From positions 630,001 to 662,000 of the forward strand of contig NZ_CP010904.1 in the NCBI RefSeq assembly GCF_001017655.1: a DNA stretch of 32,000 nt, written 5' to 3'. How positions within the stretch are numbered: the stretch's first letter is position 1; each line of letters begins with the position of its first letter. The position numbers and the translations under genes were made by a program. Shown in pieces: positions 9,522 to 18,954 of this stretch. The notes beneath the pieces are model-generated. The model made no database searches, was not told where the DNA came from, and saw nothing but the letters and a program-made list of their open reading frames with translations. Origin of the DNA: Kiritimatiella glycovorans (lineage in GTDB: Bacteria; Verrucomicrobiota; Kiritimatiellia; Kiritimatiellales; Kiritimatiellaceae).

Positions 9522-9962
9522 ATGAAGGACGGTCTGATGAGCGGAGACCGGTGGGATATTCCGGAGGAGTGGGCCTGGAGTATGGAGGTCGAGGTGAGAG
9601 TGACCGATCTCAATTACGGCGGACACGTCGGAAATGTGGTCTTTCTGGCCTACCTGCAGGAGGCCCGCGAGCGTTTTCTGCGGGAGCACGGGCTTGCGGA
9701 GGCCGACGTCGGCGGCGGAGCCGGCCTGATCATGACCGAGGCCCACGTGCGCTACAGCGGCGAGGTCTTCCTCGACGATCGCCTCACCGTAAGTATCGCC
9801 GTGGATCATCTCCGCCGGGCACGATTCGACTTCGTGTACCGCGTCTCCGCCGCCGGCGGACGCGAGGTCGCCCGCGCCCGGACCGTCATGGCCGTGTTCG
9901 ATTACCGCGCGCGCAAACTGCGCCCGATTCCGCCTGAACTTCGCGCCCTGAATACCCCCTGA
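9522..9962 (+). CDS. acyl-CoA thioesterase, hotdog fold (4HBT/YbgC-like)
   Basis: VRVTDLNYGGHVGNVVFLAYLQEARERFL and the ARFDFVYRV pattern are typical of 4HBT thioesterases. Length 146 aa. Confidence 0.7.
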   Translation: MKDGLMSGDRWDIPEEWAWSMEVEVRVTDLNYGGHVGNVVFLAYLQEARERFLREHGLAEADVGGGAGLIMTEAHVRYSGEVFLDDRLTVSIAVDHLRRARFDFVYRVSAAGGREVARARTVMAVFDYRARKLRPIPPELRALNTP

Positions 9963-10075
9963 GCCGTCGCGCTCACCGGAACCCGAGGTCTGTCGTGCCC
10001 GGAAATCGAAATAAGAAGAGGTGGTTTTCAAATCCGGCATCGTATAGGTTGTATCGCCAGTTGAAGGAGGATTCT

Positions 10076-11284
10076 GTGAAAGGTTCAATGCTGCTCCAGG
10101 GGTTGCTTCTCGCCGCACTGGCCGCTCCCGCATCATGGTCCGCGCCGGAACAGGCCGAAGTGCTGTTCGACGGCACCGGCTTCGCGAAGTGGAACAATCC
10201 CGGCGGCTGGAAACGGGTCGGCGAAGCCATGGAAGTTCATGTCCCGGAGGACAAGGAGAAGCGCAAGCCGCTGACCACGAAAGACCCATTCGCCGACTGT
10301 CAGTTTCATGTGGAGTGGAGGCCGCCGCAGGACCCGCCCGATGTGCGCGGGCAGAAGCGCGGCAACAGCGGCGTGTTTCTCCCCGGCGGCTACGAGATTC
10401 AGGTGCTCAACAGCTACGAGAACCAGACCTATCCGGACGGGCAGGCGGGCGCGATCTACGGCCAGTACGCCCCGCAGGTGAATGCCTGCCTCCCGCAGGA
10501 CCGCTGGCAGGCCTACGACATTCTTTTCGACGCGCCGGCGTTCGACGCGGACGGGGCTGTAGCGAGGCCCGCGCGCATCACGGCCCTGCACAACGGGATC
10601 GTGATCCACCACGACGCCGTGCTCTACGGAAAGATCCGGGTGCGCAAGGAGGGCGAGAAGAAAATCAAGTTCGTCGAGTATCGTCCCCATCCCCGCGAGG
10701 GGCGGATCCTGCTTCAGAACCATAACAACCCGGTGCGGTTCCGTGATATCTGGGTGATCGGGCATGAACCCGACACGAACGCGGCCATGACGGCGATCGA
10801 CCTCCGCCGCATGCGCGCGGCCCCCGAACGGCGCGAGTACGCGATTAACAGCCCCCGGCAGCCCGCACCGCCCGTGGTGACACCCCCAAAAGACGGGGCT
10901 CCGCCGTCGGACGCGCGGGCTGCCCCGGGCGAGGGCTGGAGAAGACTGCCCGCGAAGAATAAGGGCACGGCAGCCTTTACGACGACGGGAGATTACCGCC
11001 GGTTCCAGCTGCATGCGGAATGGGAGGGCGGAGAACCGCTCAGGCTGGAATTCGCGGATCGTATCGTCGAGATTTCCGCGGACGACGACGGCGTGCAGCG
11101 CATCGACCTGGTGTTTGAAAGCCGCGAGCTGGGGGATGATCGCTGGGAGACCGCCACGCTGCTCAAAAACGGGGTGTTTGAGCAGAAACGGGTGCGCGTC
11201 GACCGCAATCACGAAACGCCCGTCGTCGCCATGTTCCCCGCCGGAGATACCATGCGGCGGCTCTGGATCCGCGGGCTCAAATAG
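10076..11284 (+). CDS. secreted DUF1080 (3-keto-disaccharide hydrolase-like) domain protein with a second, degenerate C-terminal domain
   Basis: GTG 10076 lies 6 nt after GAAGGAGG. Signal peptide present. Motifs FHVEWR, GNSGVFL, YEIQVLNSYEN, DGQAGAIYG and LLQNHNNPVRFRDIWV. The C-terminal 170 aa repeat the F.LHAEWEG...LWIRGL pattern. Confidence 0.75.
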   Translation: MKGSMLLQGLLLAALAAPASWSAPEQAEVLFDGTGFAKWNNPGGWKRVGEAMEVHVPEDKEKRKPLTTKDPFADCQFHVEWRPPQDPPDVRGQKRGNSGVFLPGGYEIQVLNSYENQTYPDGQAGAIYGQYAPQVNACLPQDRWQAYDILFDAPAFDADGAVARPARITALHNGIVIHHDAVLYGKIRVRKEGEKKIKFVEYRPHPREGRILLQNHNNPVRFRDIWVIGHEPDTNAAMTAIDLRRMRAAPERREYAINSPRQPAPPVVTPPKDGAPPSDARAAPGEGWRRLPAKNKGTAAFTTTGDYRRFQLHAEWEGGEPLRLEFADRIVEISADDDGVQRIDLVFESRELGDDRWETATLLKNGVFEQKRVRVDRNHETPVVAMFPAGDTMRRLWIRGLK

Positions 11285-11355
11285 CCGCACCGGCAGGCTC
11301 ACTCTGTTTTTGCTTTTCGCGGGAAAGCGGTTTAATGTCGTCGCGTTAAGGTGTT

Positions 11356-12273
11356 GTGGACCGATTCCGTGTGCCTATGAAAGAGTTCGACGATCAGAAT
11401 CGCCGCCAGATGGTTCAGTGGCAGGAGAAGCTGCTGCGGACCTCCGTGCGGCGGAGGATCCGGGCCGGGCGTCTCTGCGAGGCCGTGGGCACGGCGACCA
11501 ACCGCTCGGCGCTCGAAATCGGGATGGGCGACGCGGGCCTCGCCGTCCGGTTGCGCCAGACCGGCGGCGACTGGCATCACGTGGGCATCGGCCCGGACGC
11601 GTTGAGGTCCCTCGACTGCGTGACGGGCGGTCCGGCCGGAGAGTGGTCGCCCGGCGGAGGGCTTCCTTTCGATGACGGAAGTTTCGAGCTGGTGGTCGTC
11701 GACGGCGCGCTCGAATGGGTGGAGGACGAGTCGGCCTTTATCCGGGAATGCCACCGGGTGCTGCAGACCGACGGGCGGCTCATTCTCGACGTGCGCCACG
11801 CGCGGCGTTTTTCGCTGATGCACTGCTGGCGGGTGCTGCTGGGCGAACGCCGCGGAGGCGAGGGCGGGGGGCGCGCGGGATACACGGCCCACCATCTCTT
11901 CGACCTCCTGAAGGACGGATTCGACGTTCCGGGCATCGACCGCTATTCGGGGTTTTTTGTCGAGCTGCTTGGTGCGCTCGCGACGGGGCTGCTCCGGCTC
12001 GGGGGTGCGGCGGACTGCTTCCGTCCTCAGGAGGACGATCAGTCCCAGTTCTACCGCTACCAGAAGGTGCGGCTGGTATCGCTGCTCGGCATGCCGCTGT
12101 TCATGCTCGCCGACCTTCTCGACAGGGCGCTGTTCTTTCTGCCCCGCTACCGGCTGCTGGCGACCACCAAGCGGCGCGTCTGGCGCGAACGGCGCATTCC
12201 GAAACTGCGCGACGGCCGCTCGATCGCCGAGGCCGCCATCAATACCCGCATCGGTTCGGCCGCTCCGTTCTGA
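11356..12273 (+). CDS. class I SAM-dependent methyltransferase with a hydrophobic C-terminal extension
   Basis: LEIGMGDAG (motif I) and LPFDDGSFELVVVDGALEWVED...ECHRVLQTDGRLIL, as in Methyltransf_11. The start is either GTG 11356 or ATG 11377. Confidence 0.65.
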   Translation: MDRFRVPMKEFDDQNRRQMVQWQEKLLRTSVRRRIRAGRLCEAVGTATNRSALEIGMGDAGLAVRLRQTGGDWHHVGIGPDALRSLDCVTGGPAGEWSPGGGLPFDDGSFELVVVDGALEWVEDESAFIRECHRVLQTDGRLILDVRHARRFSLMHCWRVLLGERRGGEGGGRAGYTAHHLFDLLKDGFDVPGIDRYSGFFVELLGALATGLLRLGGAADCFRPQEDDQSQFYRYQKVRLVSLLGMPLFMLADLLDRALFFLPRYRLLATTKRRVWRERRIPKLRDGRSIAEAAINTRIGSAAPF

Positions 12274-13351
12274 GTCCGCAGGCCGTAACGACCGCGGCGC
12301 ATTCGAGTCCGAAGGGCAGATAGCCGAGATAACCGAGGATCGGCATTTCGAAGACGGGCACGGCGTCTACCCAGGGAATGAGATAGATCCACTTCGGATC
12401 GCTCCCGTAATTCCACAGCTCCCAGAAAAACCCGCAGCATAACGCGGCGAGCGCCCAGCGGACCGCGAAACGGCCGTCGCCGCGCTCCAGTCCGTGAAAC
12501 GGGGTGGGACGCCCGCGCGCCGCGGCGGCGGCGATCAGGAAAAACAGCGGGGCGAGCCAGAGCAGCGGGAAGAAGACCACGGGCAGGGCGCCGACCCCCG
12601 CCAGCCCGGCGACCCCGATGATTCCGCAGCCCCACGCCGTGACACGTTTCGGGGGGACGGGGAGGGGCGGCAGCCGTTCGTAGCCCGCCGTCAGCCCCGG
12701 TACGGTCTTCAGAAGCGCCGCCGTCGCCGTCACGGCCGGCAACACCGTCGAAAACGACAGCGTCGCGAATAACGTGTATTCAACGGCGCCGAAGCGCTCG
12801 ACCCCCACGTAATGCCAGTTCTGGACAAAACGGTTCAGGTATTCGAAATACCACCAGAAGACCGCGCTCGCCGGAAAAAGCAGGAGATAGCGCCCCGTGT
12901 GCTCCGTCAGCGGACAGTGACCCGCCCGGCGCTCGACCAGTGCGTTCGCGGTCAGGATGTACCCGGCCCAGAGCAGAGGGAAGGCGTAGGGCCGCAGCGG
13001 CTCAAACCACGCGAAGCGGGTCCATCCCAGCCACCAGAAGACCGCGACCAGGATGAGTCCCGACCAGCCCCAGACGGGCCAGCGTCCCCGCGGAGGGGCA
13101 AAGAAGGCAGTGCTTTTCCGGTGGCGGAAGGGGATCGCCCCCGCGCAGCCGACCAGCAGGAGGGCGACGGCGGAAAGCGGAAAGAAGACGGCGGGCCGGA
13201 ATCCCGGATGCTCCACGTACCGGGTCAGCGGCGGAAATTCCAGGTAACGTGCGGGCGGATGGCCTGCCAGCATCGCCCCCAGTAACGGAGCGCCGAACAG
13301 GACGAGCAGCACTCCGGGGATGCCCGCTCCAGCTTTGATGATCCGTTTCAT
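12239..13351 (-). CDS. polytopic integral membrane protein, family not recognised
   Basis: Roughly 9-10 hydrophobic segments rich in Trp/Phe (FWWYFEYLNRFVQNWHY, FFWELWNYGSDPKWIY). The likely start is MKRIIK at 13351, not the track start at 13411. Confidence 0.6.
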   Translation of the reverse strand: MKRIIKAGAGIPGVLLVLFGAPLLGAMLAGHPPARYLEFPPLTRYVEHPGFRPAVFFPLSAVALLLVGCAGAIPFRHRKSTAFFAPPRGRWPVWGWSGLILVAVFWWLGWTRFAWFEPLRPYAFPLLWAGYILTANALVERRAGHCPLTEHTGRYLLLFPASAVFWWYFEYLNRFVQNWHYVGVERFGAVEYTLFATLSFSTVLPAVTATAALLKTVPGLTAGYERLPPLPVPPKRVTAWGCGIIGVAGLAGVGALPVVFFPLLWLAPLFFLIAAAAARGRPTPFHGLERGDGRFAVRWALAALCCGFFWELWNYGSDPKWIYLIPWVDAVPVFEMPILGYLGYLPFGLECAAVVTACGLRTERPNRCGY

Positions 13352-13484
13352 GGTGTCCGCCGCTCCCGTAAGGGTCGGATTATGTTCTCTACTGGCTCCG
13401 TGGTGAAGCATCGATTTCGATCCGGGTTATAAACCCGCATCCGTGGTCGTCCCCCTGCAGGGATTTTGTACGATTTCATTTCAT

Positions 13485-13512
13485 TTGACAGCACACCTCA
13501 GGGTGCTAGTCT
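13485..13512 (+). promoter_or_regulatory. possible sigma-70-type promoter for the rpmH operon
   Basis: TTGACA (13485-13490), a 16-nt spacer, then TAGTCT (13507-13512), about 50 nt upstream of the rpmH ATG. Confidence 0.3.
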
Positions 13513-13562
13513 GTGCGGTCTTTTCAGAATAACGAGCCGGATTTCGAACAGGGAAGAGAGCG

Positions 13563-13697
13563 ATGAAACGTACGTATCAGCCTTCGCGCATCAAGCGGGC
13601 CCGCAAGCACGGGTTTCGCAAGCGGATGTCCACGGAGGACGGCCGCAAGGTGCTTCAGCGCCGTCGCCGCAAGGGGCGCAAGCGCCTGACGGTCTGA
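13563..13697 (+). CDS. rpmH: 50S ribosomal protein L34
   Basis: Not in the ORF track (44 codons). My manual translation is [44 protein letters not shown], the near-universal L34 sequence. It is followed by rnpA, as in most bacteria. Confidence 0.95.
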   Translation: MKRTYQPSRIKRARKHGFRKRMSTEDGRKVLQRRRRKGRKRLTV

Positions 13698-13719
13698 TCC
13701 GCGCCGACCGGAGCATTCC

Positions 13720-14163
13720 ATGGCCGAACCGGATGACGGCAAGCGCTCCGAGAGCCGGAAGGCGGAACCCTCCCCTCCCGCGCAGTCGCTGCCGGTATCC
13801 ATGCGCATGCGGTCGTCCGCCCTTTTCAGGGAGACGTTTGATCAGGATCGCTGCCAGGTGGGGCGGCTGATGGTGCTCTGGGTTCGGAGGGCGCCGGACG
13901 CGCGTTCGCGTCTCGGCGTGATTGCCAGCCGCAAGGTCGGAGACGCGGTGCGCAGAAACCGGGCGAAGCGCAGGATACGCGAGGCGTTTCGCCGGAGCCG
14001 CGCGTATTTTATCCGCCCGGACGATGTGCTGATCGTGGCCCGGCGCCGGGTCGTGGACGCCCCCTGGCCGGAAGTGGTCGGCGAACTGCTCAAACTCGCC
14101 CGGCGCAGCGGGCTGCTCGATGCGCAACGATGCGAAGAGGCGCGACGGGCGATTACGGAATAG
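13720..14163 (+). CDS. rnpA: ribonuclease P protein component
   Basis: Located directly after rpmH. It carries the RNR-type motif GVIASRKVGDAVRRNRAKRRIREAFR. The N-terminus may instead start at ATG 13801. Confidence 0.85.
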   Translation: MAEPDDGKRSESRKAEPSPPAQSLPVSMRMRSSALFRETFDQDRCQVGRLMVLWVRRAPDARSRLGVIASRKVGDAVRRNRAKRRIREAFRRSRAYFIRPDDVLIVARRRVVDAPWPEVVGELLKLARRSGLLDAQRCEEARRAITE

Positions 14164-14167
14164 TGAC

Positions 14168-14440
14168 ATGAAGCGACTGAGCACAGCGTTCCGCGCAACG
14201 GTTCTCTGCCTCGTGCGCCTGTACCGGAAAGGAATTTCCGGCTGGTTCGCGCCGAGCTGCCGGTTCCACCCGTCCTGCTCCGAATACTGTGAACAGGCCG
14301 TGCGCATACATGGCGCGGGACGCGGCCTCGCACTCACCGCACTCCGTCTGCTCAAATGTCATCCATTTCACCCGGGAGGGGTCGATTGGCCGCCGCCCCC
14401 GCGGCGCTCTCCCGCCGGACAACCAAGCGAGGCCCCATGA
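14168..14440 (+). CDS. yidD: membrane protein insertion efficiency factor YidD
   Basis: LVRLYRKGISGWFAPSCRFHPSCSEYCEQAVRIHG...LLKCHPFHPGG is the conserved YidD core. Confidence 0.9.
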   Translation: MKRLSTAFRATVLCLVRLYRKGISGWFAPSCRFHPSCSEYCEQAVRIHGAGRGLALTALRLLKCHPFHPGGVDWPPPPRRSPAGQPSEAP

Positions 14441-16176
14441 ATCTCGATCGTAAGGACTGGATCATACTGGGCGTGCTCTTCCTGCTGCTCATCTCGTGGC
14501 AGATGATCGACCGCACGGTCCTGGCCCCGATGTTCCCGGAGGATACGGAACCGGCGCGGGAGGTCGCCGCCGACCGTGCCGCGCCGCGGGAAGGGGATGA
14601 ACCGGGCGGAATCCCGGCGGAACCCGCGGAACCCGCGGCGGGGTCCTCCGCGCCCGAACTCGAAAGCGCCCCGCAGCCGGTTCCCGAACCGGACGGGCGG
14701 AGCGCCGCGCCGGAACGCACGGTGGAGATCTCGGGCGAGAAATTCGGTCTCGTGCTGACCAGCCGGGGCGGCGGCATCCGCGAAGCGGTACTGCCCGAGT
14801 ACCGCAGTACGCCCGAAGAGGGCAGCGGGCCCGTACGCCTGAATTTCGCCGACCATCCCGCTCTGGTCTACGAGGGACTCTCGGGCCTCGGGGAAGACGG
14901 CAGCCTGGAGATAGTCGACGCGTCGGGGGACGCCGTGAAGTTTGCGCATCGGTGGGACTCGGGACTCGTCTTCGAGCGCACGGTCGAGATCGTCGGCGAT
15001 TACCAGCTGAGCGTGATCGACCGGTTCGTCAATCGGGGCGACGAGGCGATCGAACTCCCCGAACGCGCGCTCCGCACCGGCGGGATGAGCAACCCGCCGC
15101 ACGTGTCCAGTATGCGCGGCATGGTGTATCTCTCGGTCGACGCCTACTCCTCGGCGAACGGCGTGAAGCGGTGGGACCGCAAGATCTCGAAGTGGTTCAA
15201 GAAGGAGGGGCATCCCCTCGAACTGGTCCGGCAGCCGGAGGACTGGGCGGGGCCGGTCGACTGGGTGGCTGCGAAGAACAAGTTCTTTGTTCAGATCCTC
15301 AATCCCGAAGCGGACACGACGCGCGGCATGCGCATCGAGGCGCGGCGCGACCCCGAGTCCGCCGACGACACGGTAGACCGCCTGGCCGTGGCCGCCCGGT
15401 TCGATCCCGTGGTCCTCAGCGCCGGCGAGCCGCTGGAGCTGGAACACCGCTATTACGTGGGTCCGAAAAAACTGAAGATTCTGCAGGATCTGGGCGCGCA
15501 TCAGGACCGGGTCATGGAACTCGGCTGGTTCCGGTTCATCGGCCGCCCGCTGCTCAAGGTGCTCAACGGCATCCACGCCGTGCTTCCGAACTACGGGGTC
15601 GCCATCATCCTGCTGACCATGCTGGTGCGCATCATCTTCTGGCCGGTGACCCACAAGAGTACGGAGAGCATGAAGCGGATGCAGAAGATCCAGCCGCTCA
15701 TGAAGGAGATCCGCGAGAAGCACAAGGACAACCCCCAGAAGATGCAGCAGGAGCTGATGGCCCTGTACAAGGAGCACAAGGTCAATCCGATGGGCGGCTG
15801 CCTTCCCATGCTGATCCAGATTCCGGTGTTCATCGCACTGTTCTGGGTGCTGCGCAGCGCGATCGAACTCCGCTTCGCATCCTTCCTCTGGGTCGCCGAC
15901 CTCAGCGAGCCGGAGAACCTTTTCGCCGACGCGCTGCCGATCGCGTTGAACATTCTCCCGCTCGTCATGGCGGGCACCATGTTCCTGCAGCAGAAGCTCA
16001 CCCCCACGGCCGGCGACCCGCAGCAGCAGAAGATGATGATGTTCATGCCGGTCATGCTGCTGTTCATCCTCTACCCGATGCCGTCCGGCCTCGTGCTGTA
16101 CTGGACGACCAGCAACCTGCTGATGATCGTTCAGCTTCTCTGGCGCAGACGCAAAGAAGCGGGCGAGGCGGCATAA
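14437..16176 (+). CDS. yidC: membrane protein insertase YidC
   Basis: ATG 14437 overlaps the yidD stop (ATGA). N-terminal TM helix, large periplasmic domain, and the conserved C-terminal core (NYGVAIILLTMLVRIIFWP, MQKIQPLMKEIREKHKDNPQKMQQELMALYKEHKVNPMGGCLPMLIQIPVF). Confidence 0.9.
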   Translation: MNLDRKDWIILGVLFLLLISWQMIDRTVLAPMFPEDTEPAREVAADRAAPREGDEPGGIPAEPAEPAAGSSAPELESAPQPVPEPDGRSAAPERTVEISGEKFGLVLTSRGGGIREAVLPEYRSTPEEGSGPVRLNFADHPALVYEGLSGLGEDGSLEIVDASGDAVKFAHRWDSGLVFERTVEIVGDYQLSVIDRFVNRGDEAIELPERALRTGGMSNPPHVSSMRGMVYLSVDAYSSANGVKRWDRKISKWFKKEGHPLELVRQPEDWAGPVDWVAAKNKFFVQILNPEADTTRGMRIEARRDPESADDTVDRLAVAARFDPVVLSAGEPLELEHRYYVGPKKLKILQDLGAHQDRVMELGWFRFIGRPLLKVLNGIHAVLPNYGVAIILLTMLVRIIFWPVTHKSTESMKRMQKIQPLMKEIREKHKDNPQKMQQELMALYKEHKVNPMGGCLPMLIQIPVFIALFWVLRSAIELRFASFLWVADLSEPENLFADALPIALNILPLVMAGTMFLQQKLTPTAGDPQQQKMMMFMPVMLLFILYPMPSGLVLYWTTSNLLMIVQLLWRRRKEAGEAA

Positions 16177-16218
16177 CGGTGCTTTAATACGAGCCGCATT
16201 CAGGGTACAAGGTCAGTC

Positions 16219-17061
16219 ATGCCAGATCTCAAGGAAGTGGATGCCGCGATCGCGGAGGCGCTGGAGGGCGGCGAGCTGGATGCCCTGATTCGCGAAGCCG
16301 GCGGGCTGGTCTCCGGAGGCAAGAGACTTCGCGCGAAACTCGTGCTCGCACTCGGCCCCGCCACCGGGGTGGAACCCGAGGTGCAGCGGCGCGCCGCGGC
16401 GGCGGTCGAACTCGTCCACGCCGCGAGTCTGCTGCACGACGATGTGATCGACGGCGGCCGGATTCGACGAGGCGCCCCCTCGTTCTGGACCGGGTACGGC
16501 GTGAACGGGGCCGTGCTCCTCGGCGACTGGCTCGTCTTCCGCGCCCTCAGCCTGTTGCGTCCGGTCTCGAACGGGCGCCTGGCCGGTCTGATGATCGGAT
16601 TCGGCACGGAGGTCTGCGAGGCGGAGGCGGCGCAGGAACTGGTATTCCGCGGCGGGACCGGCCGCTGGGAGCGGAGCCTGGATTTCGCGCGCCGCAAGAC
16701 CGGCGCACTCTTCGCCTTCGCCGCCGAGGCATGCGGGGGATGCAACCGCGAGCTGTCCGGGGCGCTGCGCGAGAGCGGATACCGGCTGGGCACCGCCTAC
16801 CAGGTCGCGGACGATGTGCTGGACGAACACGGAGACCGTGAAGAGGCGGACAAGAGCCTGGGCAGCGACCGCTCTCGCGGCAAGGTTACGGCCGTGACCG
16901 TCGAAGGCGCTCCCGATGATCCGGCGGCGTTTATTTCGGACCTTCTCGACGCCTCCGCCGCCCCCCTGCATAAGTGGCGTGAAATCTCGGCGGCCTGGTC
17001 GGGATATGTGGACGCCACGATCCGTCCGCTGGTGGACCGCTACCTGAATACCGCAGGCTGA
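16219..17061 (+). CDS. polyprenyl diphosphate synthase family protein (trans-isoprenyl diphosphate synthase)
   Basis: Both Asp-rich motifs are present: LLHDDVIDGG..RRG and YQVADDVLD. At 280 aa it is somewhat short for the family. Confidence 0.75.
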   Translation: MPDLKEVDAAIAEALEGGELDALIREAGGLVSGGKRLRAKLVLALGPATGVEPEVQRRAAAAVELVHAASLLHDDVIDGGRIRRGAPSFWTGYGVNGAVLLGDWLVFRALSLLRPVSNGRLAGLMIGFGTEVCEAEAAQELVFRGGTGRWERSLDFARRKTGALFAFAAEACGGCNRELSGALRESGYRLGTAYQVADDVLDEHGDREEADKSLGSDRSRGKVTAVTVEGAPDDPAAFISDLLDASAAPLHKWREISAAWSGYVDATIRPLVDRYLNTAG

Positions 17062-17078
17062 GCCCGCTTCCCCGCCGT

Positions 17079-17945
17079 TCAGGCTCCCGCCCCGATCACG
17101 CCCGCCGGAACCTCGATCTCCACCCGGCTGCCGGCATTGAATTCGATCCATGCATCGGGAAAGGCGTCGCGGATCTTTTCCGCGGCGCGGTCGCCCGTGC
17201 AGTGATTGAACCCGAGATAGCGGGGCTCGAACTCGCCCAGGGCCTCCATGGTGCGATCGATCTGATCCTCTTTCGCATGCCGGAGATGAATGCCGCCGAA
17301 CGCCCCGAGCACCGGTTTGTTCCCGGTGATTCTCCGGACATAACGCAGCGTATTGATCACCCCGGCGTGCGCACAGCCCATGAGTACGATCAGACCTTCC
17401 GGGGTGACCGCAAACAGCGCCTGATCATCGAGTACGCGGTCCATGCGCTGGCCGGCCGCATCGTGAAAGAATACCCCGTCCGAAGCCTCGAAACCGGTCT
17501 CACGCGGGATCTGCCCGGTTGCGTAGATGCCCGGAGCGACCTTCCGCGGCCGCATGGTCGATATCCAGTTTGCCCCGTTATCCATCAGCGCCCGGCGCGC
17601 GGACTCCGGCAGCCCTATATTGTGCGGTGTCCCGCCGCGCAGGGAGAACTTCGGCGCCAGCGCGTCCGGATGCATGTAGACCTGTGCCCCGCGCGCCCGC
17701 TTCAGCGCATGCGAGAGCCCTCCGGTATGATCGGCATGACCGTGGCTGAGCACGACCGACTGCGCTGCAGCGAGGTCGATATTGAGCGCAGCGGCGTTGC
17801 CTTTGAGCGCATCCCCCTGTCCCGTATCGAACAATACGGGATGATCGCCGCCTTCAAACCACACCGACAGACCGTGTTCGGTCTTAAGATCCTCACGCGC
17901 CGTGGTGTTGTCGACGACCACCGTCATGCGGATGGTGTTCATCAT
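17079..17945 (-). CDS. MBL-fold metallo-hydrolase (COG1237-like)
   Basis: MTVVVDNT...EHGLSVWFE...VLFDTGQG...VVLSHGHADHTGG is the H-x-H-x-D-H metallo-beta-lactamase motif in the COG1237 arrangement. Confidence 0.8.
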   Translation of the reverse strand: MMNTIRMTVVVDNTTAREDLKTEHGLSVWFEGGDHPVLFDTGQGDALKGNAAALNIDLAAAQSVVLSHGHADHTGGLSHALKRARGAQVYMHPDALAPKFSLRGGTPHNIGLPESARRALMDNGANWISTMRPRKVAPGIYATGQIPRETGFEASDGVFFHDAAGQRMDRVLDDQALFAVTPEGLIVLMGCAHAGVINTLRYVRRITGNKPVLGAFGGIHLRHAKEDQIDRTMEALGEFEPRYLGFNHCTGDRAAEKIRDAFPDAWIEFNAGSRVEIEVPAGVIGAGA

Positions 17946-18214
17946 GAGAGTGCGTTATTAACAGAATGCGAGTGCTGTGTTCAAGCGGTAAAGACGCCGG
18001 CGGTTTCTCTTGCGTTCGCAGTAGGCCCGCAGGTCCGCGCAGCGGGCCAGGGCCGTTATTTTCACGCGTCTACGTCCCTTCAGCGGCCGGCGGGACCCGG
18101 ATGCGCCCCCGGGCGGCTGCGCTTGATCATCACGGCCGCGCGCTCCACAATGCGGCTCACGTTCCCGCTTCACTGCGGAGTGTGAACGGAACTCTCCTGG
18201 GCAGAAATGGAACC

Positions 18215-18790
18215 ATGATCATGGGGTGCACGTTGAAAAGGAATCGCGAGATTCGGGACTGGCTCGATCATTCGGGGCCGGCCTTTCTCAGAGAGTTGGG
18301 GGTTAAAGAGGGAGACACCGTACTGGATTTTGGGTGCGGCATCGGTAGCTATGCGATTCCGGCTGCTCGCGTAACGGGTGAAAAGGGACGTGTGCTGGCG
18401 GTCGACAGGAGCGGGATCCACCTGCGCTCCGTTCGCTCGCGGGCCCGCCGCGCCAACCTCGAAGACCGGATGGAATTCGTCAAAACGGGTGGCGAAGAGC
18501 ATCTTGACCGCTTTGAATCGGATTCCTGCGATGTGGTTCTCGTGTTTGATGTGCTCCAGCACCTTGGAGACTGGGCCGGTTTTTTGAGTGCGGTATCGCG
18601 CGTGCTTGTCCCGCACGGCCTACTGCTCGTGAATCCTTCAATCGATTCGCATCCCGGCAAAGTGGATATAGACAAACTCGCCGAGACGCTTGATGCGGCA
18701 GGGTTTGGCGAGAACGGCCGGACTCGCCGTCGTCTCATGCACTACAAACATATGACGGAGGACACGGTCTTCGTCTATGGGCGAGTATGA
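18215..18790 (+). CDS. class I SAM-dependent methyltransferase
   Basis: The likely start is ATG 18215 (MIMGCTLK). Motif I VLDFGCGIGSYA plus VLAVD and VLVFDVLQHL. The upstream part of track ORF 17966..18790 shows no protein-like features. Confidence 0.7.
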   Translation: MIMGCTLKRNREIRDWLDHSGPAFLRELGVKEGDTVLDFGCGIGSYAIPAARVTGEKGRVLAVDRSGIHLRSVRSRARRANLEDRMEFVKTGGEEHLDRFESDSCDVVLVFDVLQHLGDWAGFLSAVSRVLVPHGLLLVNPSIDSHPGKVDIDKLAETLDAAGFGENGRTRRRLMHYKHMTEDTVFVYGRV

Positions 18791-18796
18791 GAGCAG

Positions 18797-18871
18797 TGGA
18801 GCGGGAGACCGGGATCGAACCGGCGACGTTCAGCTTGGGAAGCTGACATTCTACCACTGAATTACTCCCGC
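18797..18871 (-). tRNA. tRNA-Gly (anticodon CCC), with encoded CCA
   Basis: The reverse complement reads GCGGGAG-TA-ATTC-AGTGGTA-GAAT-G-TCAGC-TTCCCAA-GCTGA-ACGTC-GCCGG-TTCGATC-CCGGT-CTCCCGC-T-CCA. This gives a full cloverleaf with a 7-bp acceptor stem and a TTCGATC T-loop. Confidence 0.9.
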
Positions 18872-18884
18872 ACGTCGGCGTGTG

Positions 18885-18913
18885 TTTGTATCGCAAACCG
18901 GGGCGACCGACAA
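18885..18913 (-). promoter_or_regulatory. possible promoter for tRNA-Gly
   Basis: On the minus strand: TTGTCG, 17 nt, TACAAA, ending 13 nt before the tRNA 5' end. Confidence 0.3.
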
Positions 18914-18954
18914 GAGGGAAGTCAGCGGCACCTTTCCCCCCGAATCGGCGGCGG

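Noticed and set aside
10133-11302. 389-aa minus-strand ORF.
   Set aside because: It is antisense to the DUF1080 gene, which has strong family motifs and a signal peptide.
11290-11335. Possible terminator after the DUF1080 gene (GCTTTTCGCGGGAAAGC region).
   Set aside because: The stem is short and imperfect, and the T-run precedes the stem rather than following it.
13352-13562. oriC or DnaA-box cluster upstream of rpmH.
   Set aside because: No TTATCCACA-like 9-mers or AT-rich unwinding element are visible, and dnaA is not adjacent.
14368-15777. 469-aa minus-strand ORF and the 14952..16187 (+) alternative frame.
   Set aside because: They overlap yidC, whose frame carries the conserved insertase core. 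The alternatives are Arg/Gly/Pro-rich junk.
18797-18954. tRNA-Gly as an integration site for a genomic island.
   Set aside because: No duplicated tRNA 3' segment, integrase or compositional break is visible on either side. The neighbours are housekeeping genes (prmA and a methyltransferase).
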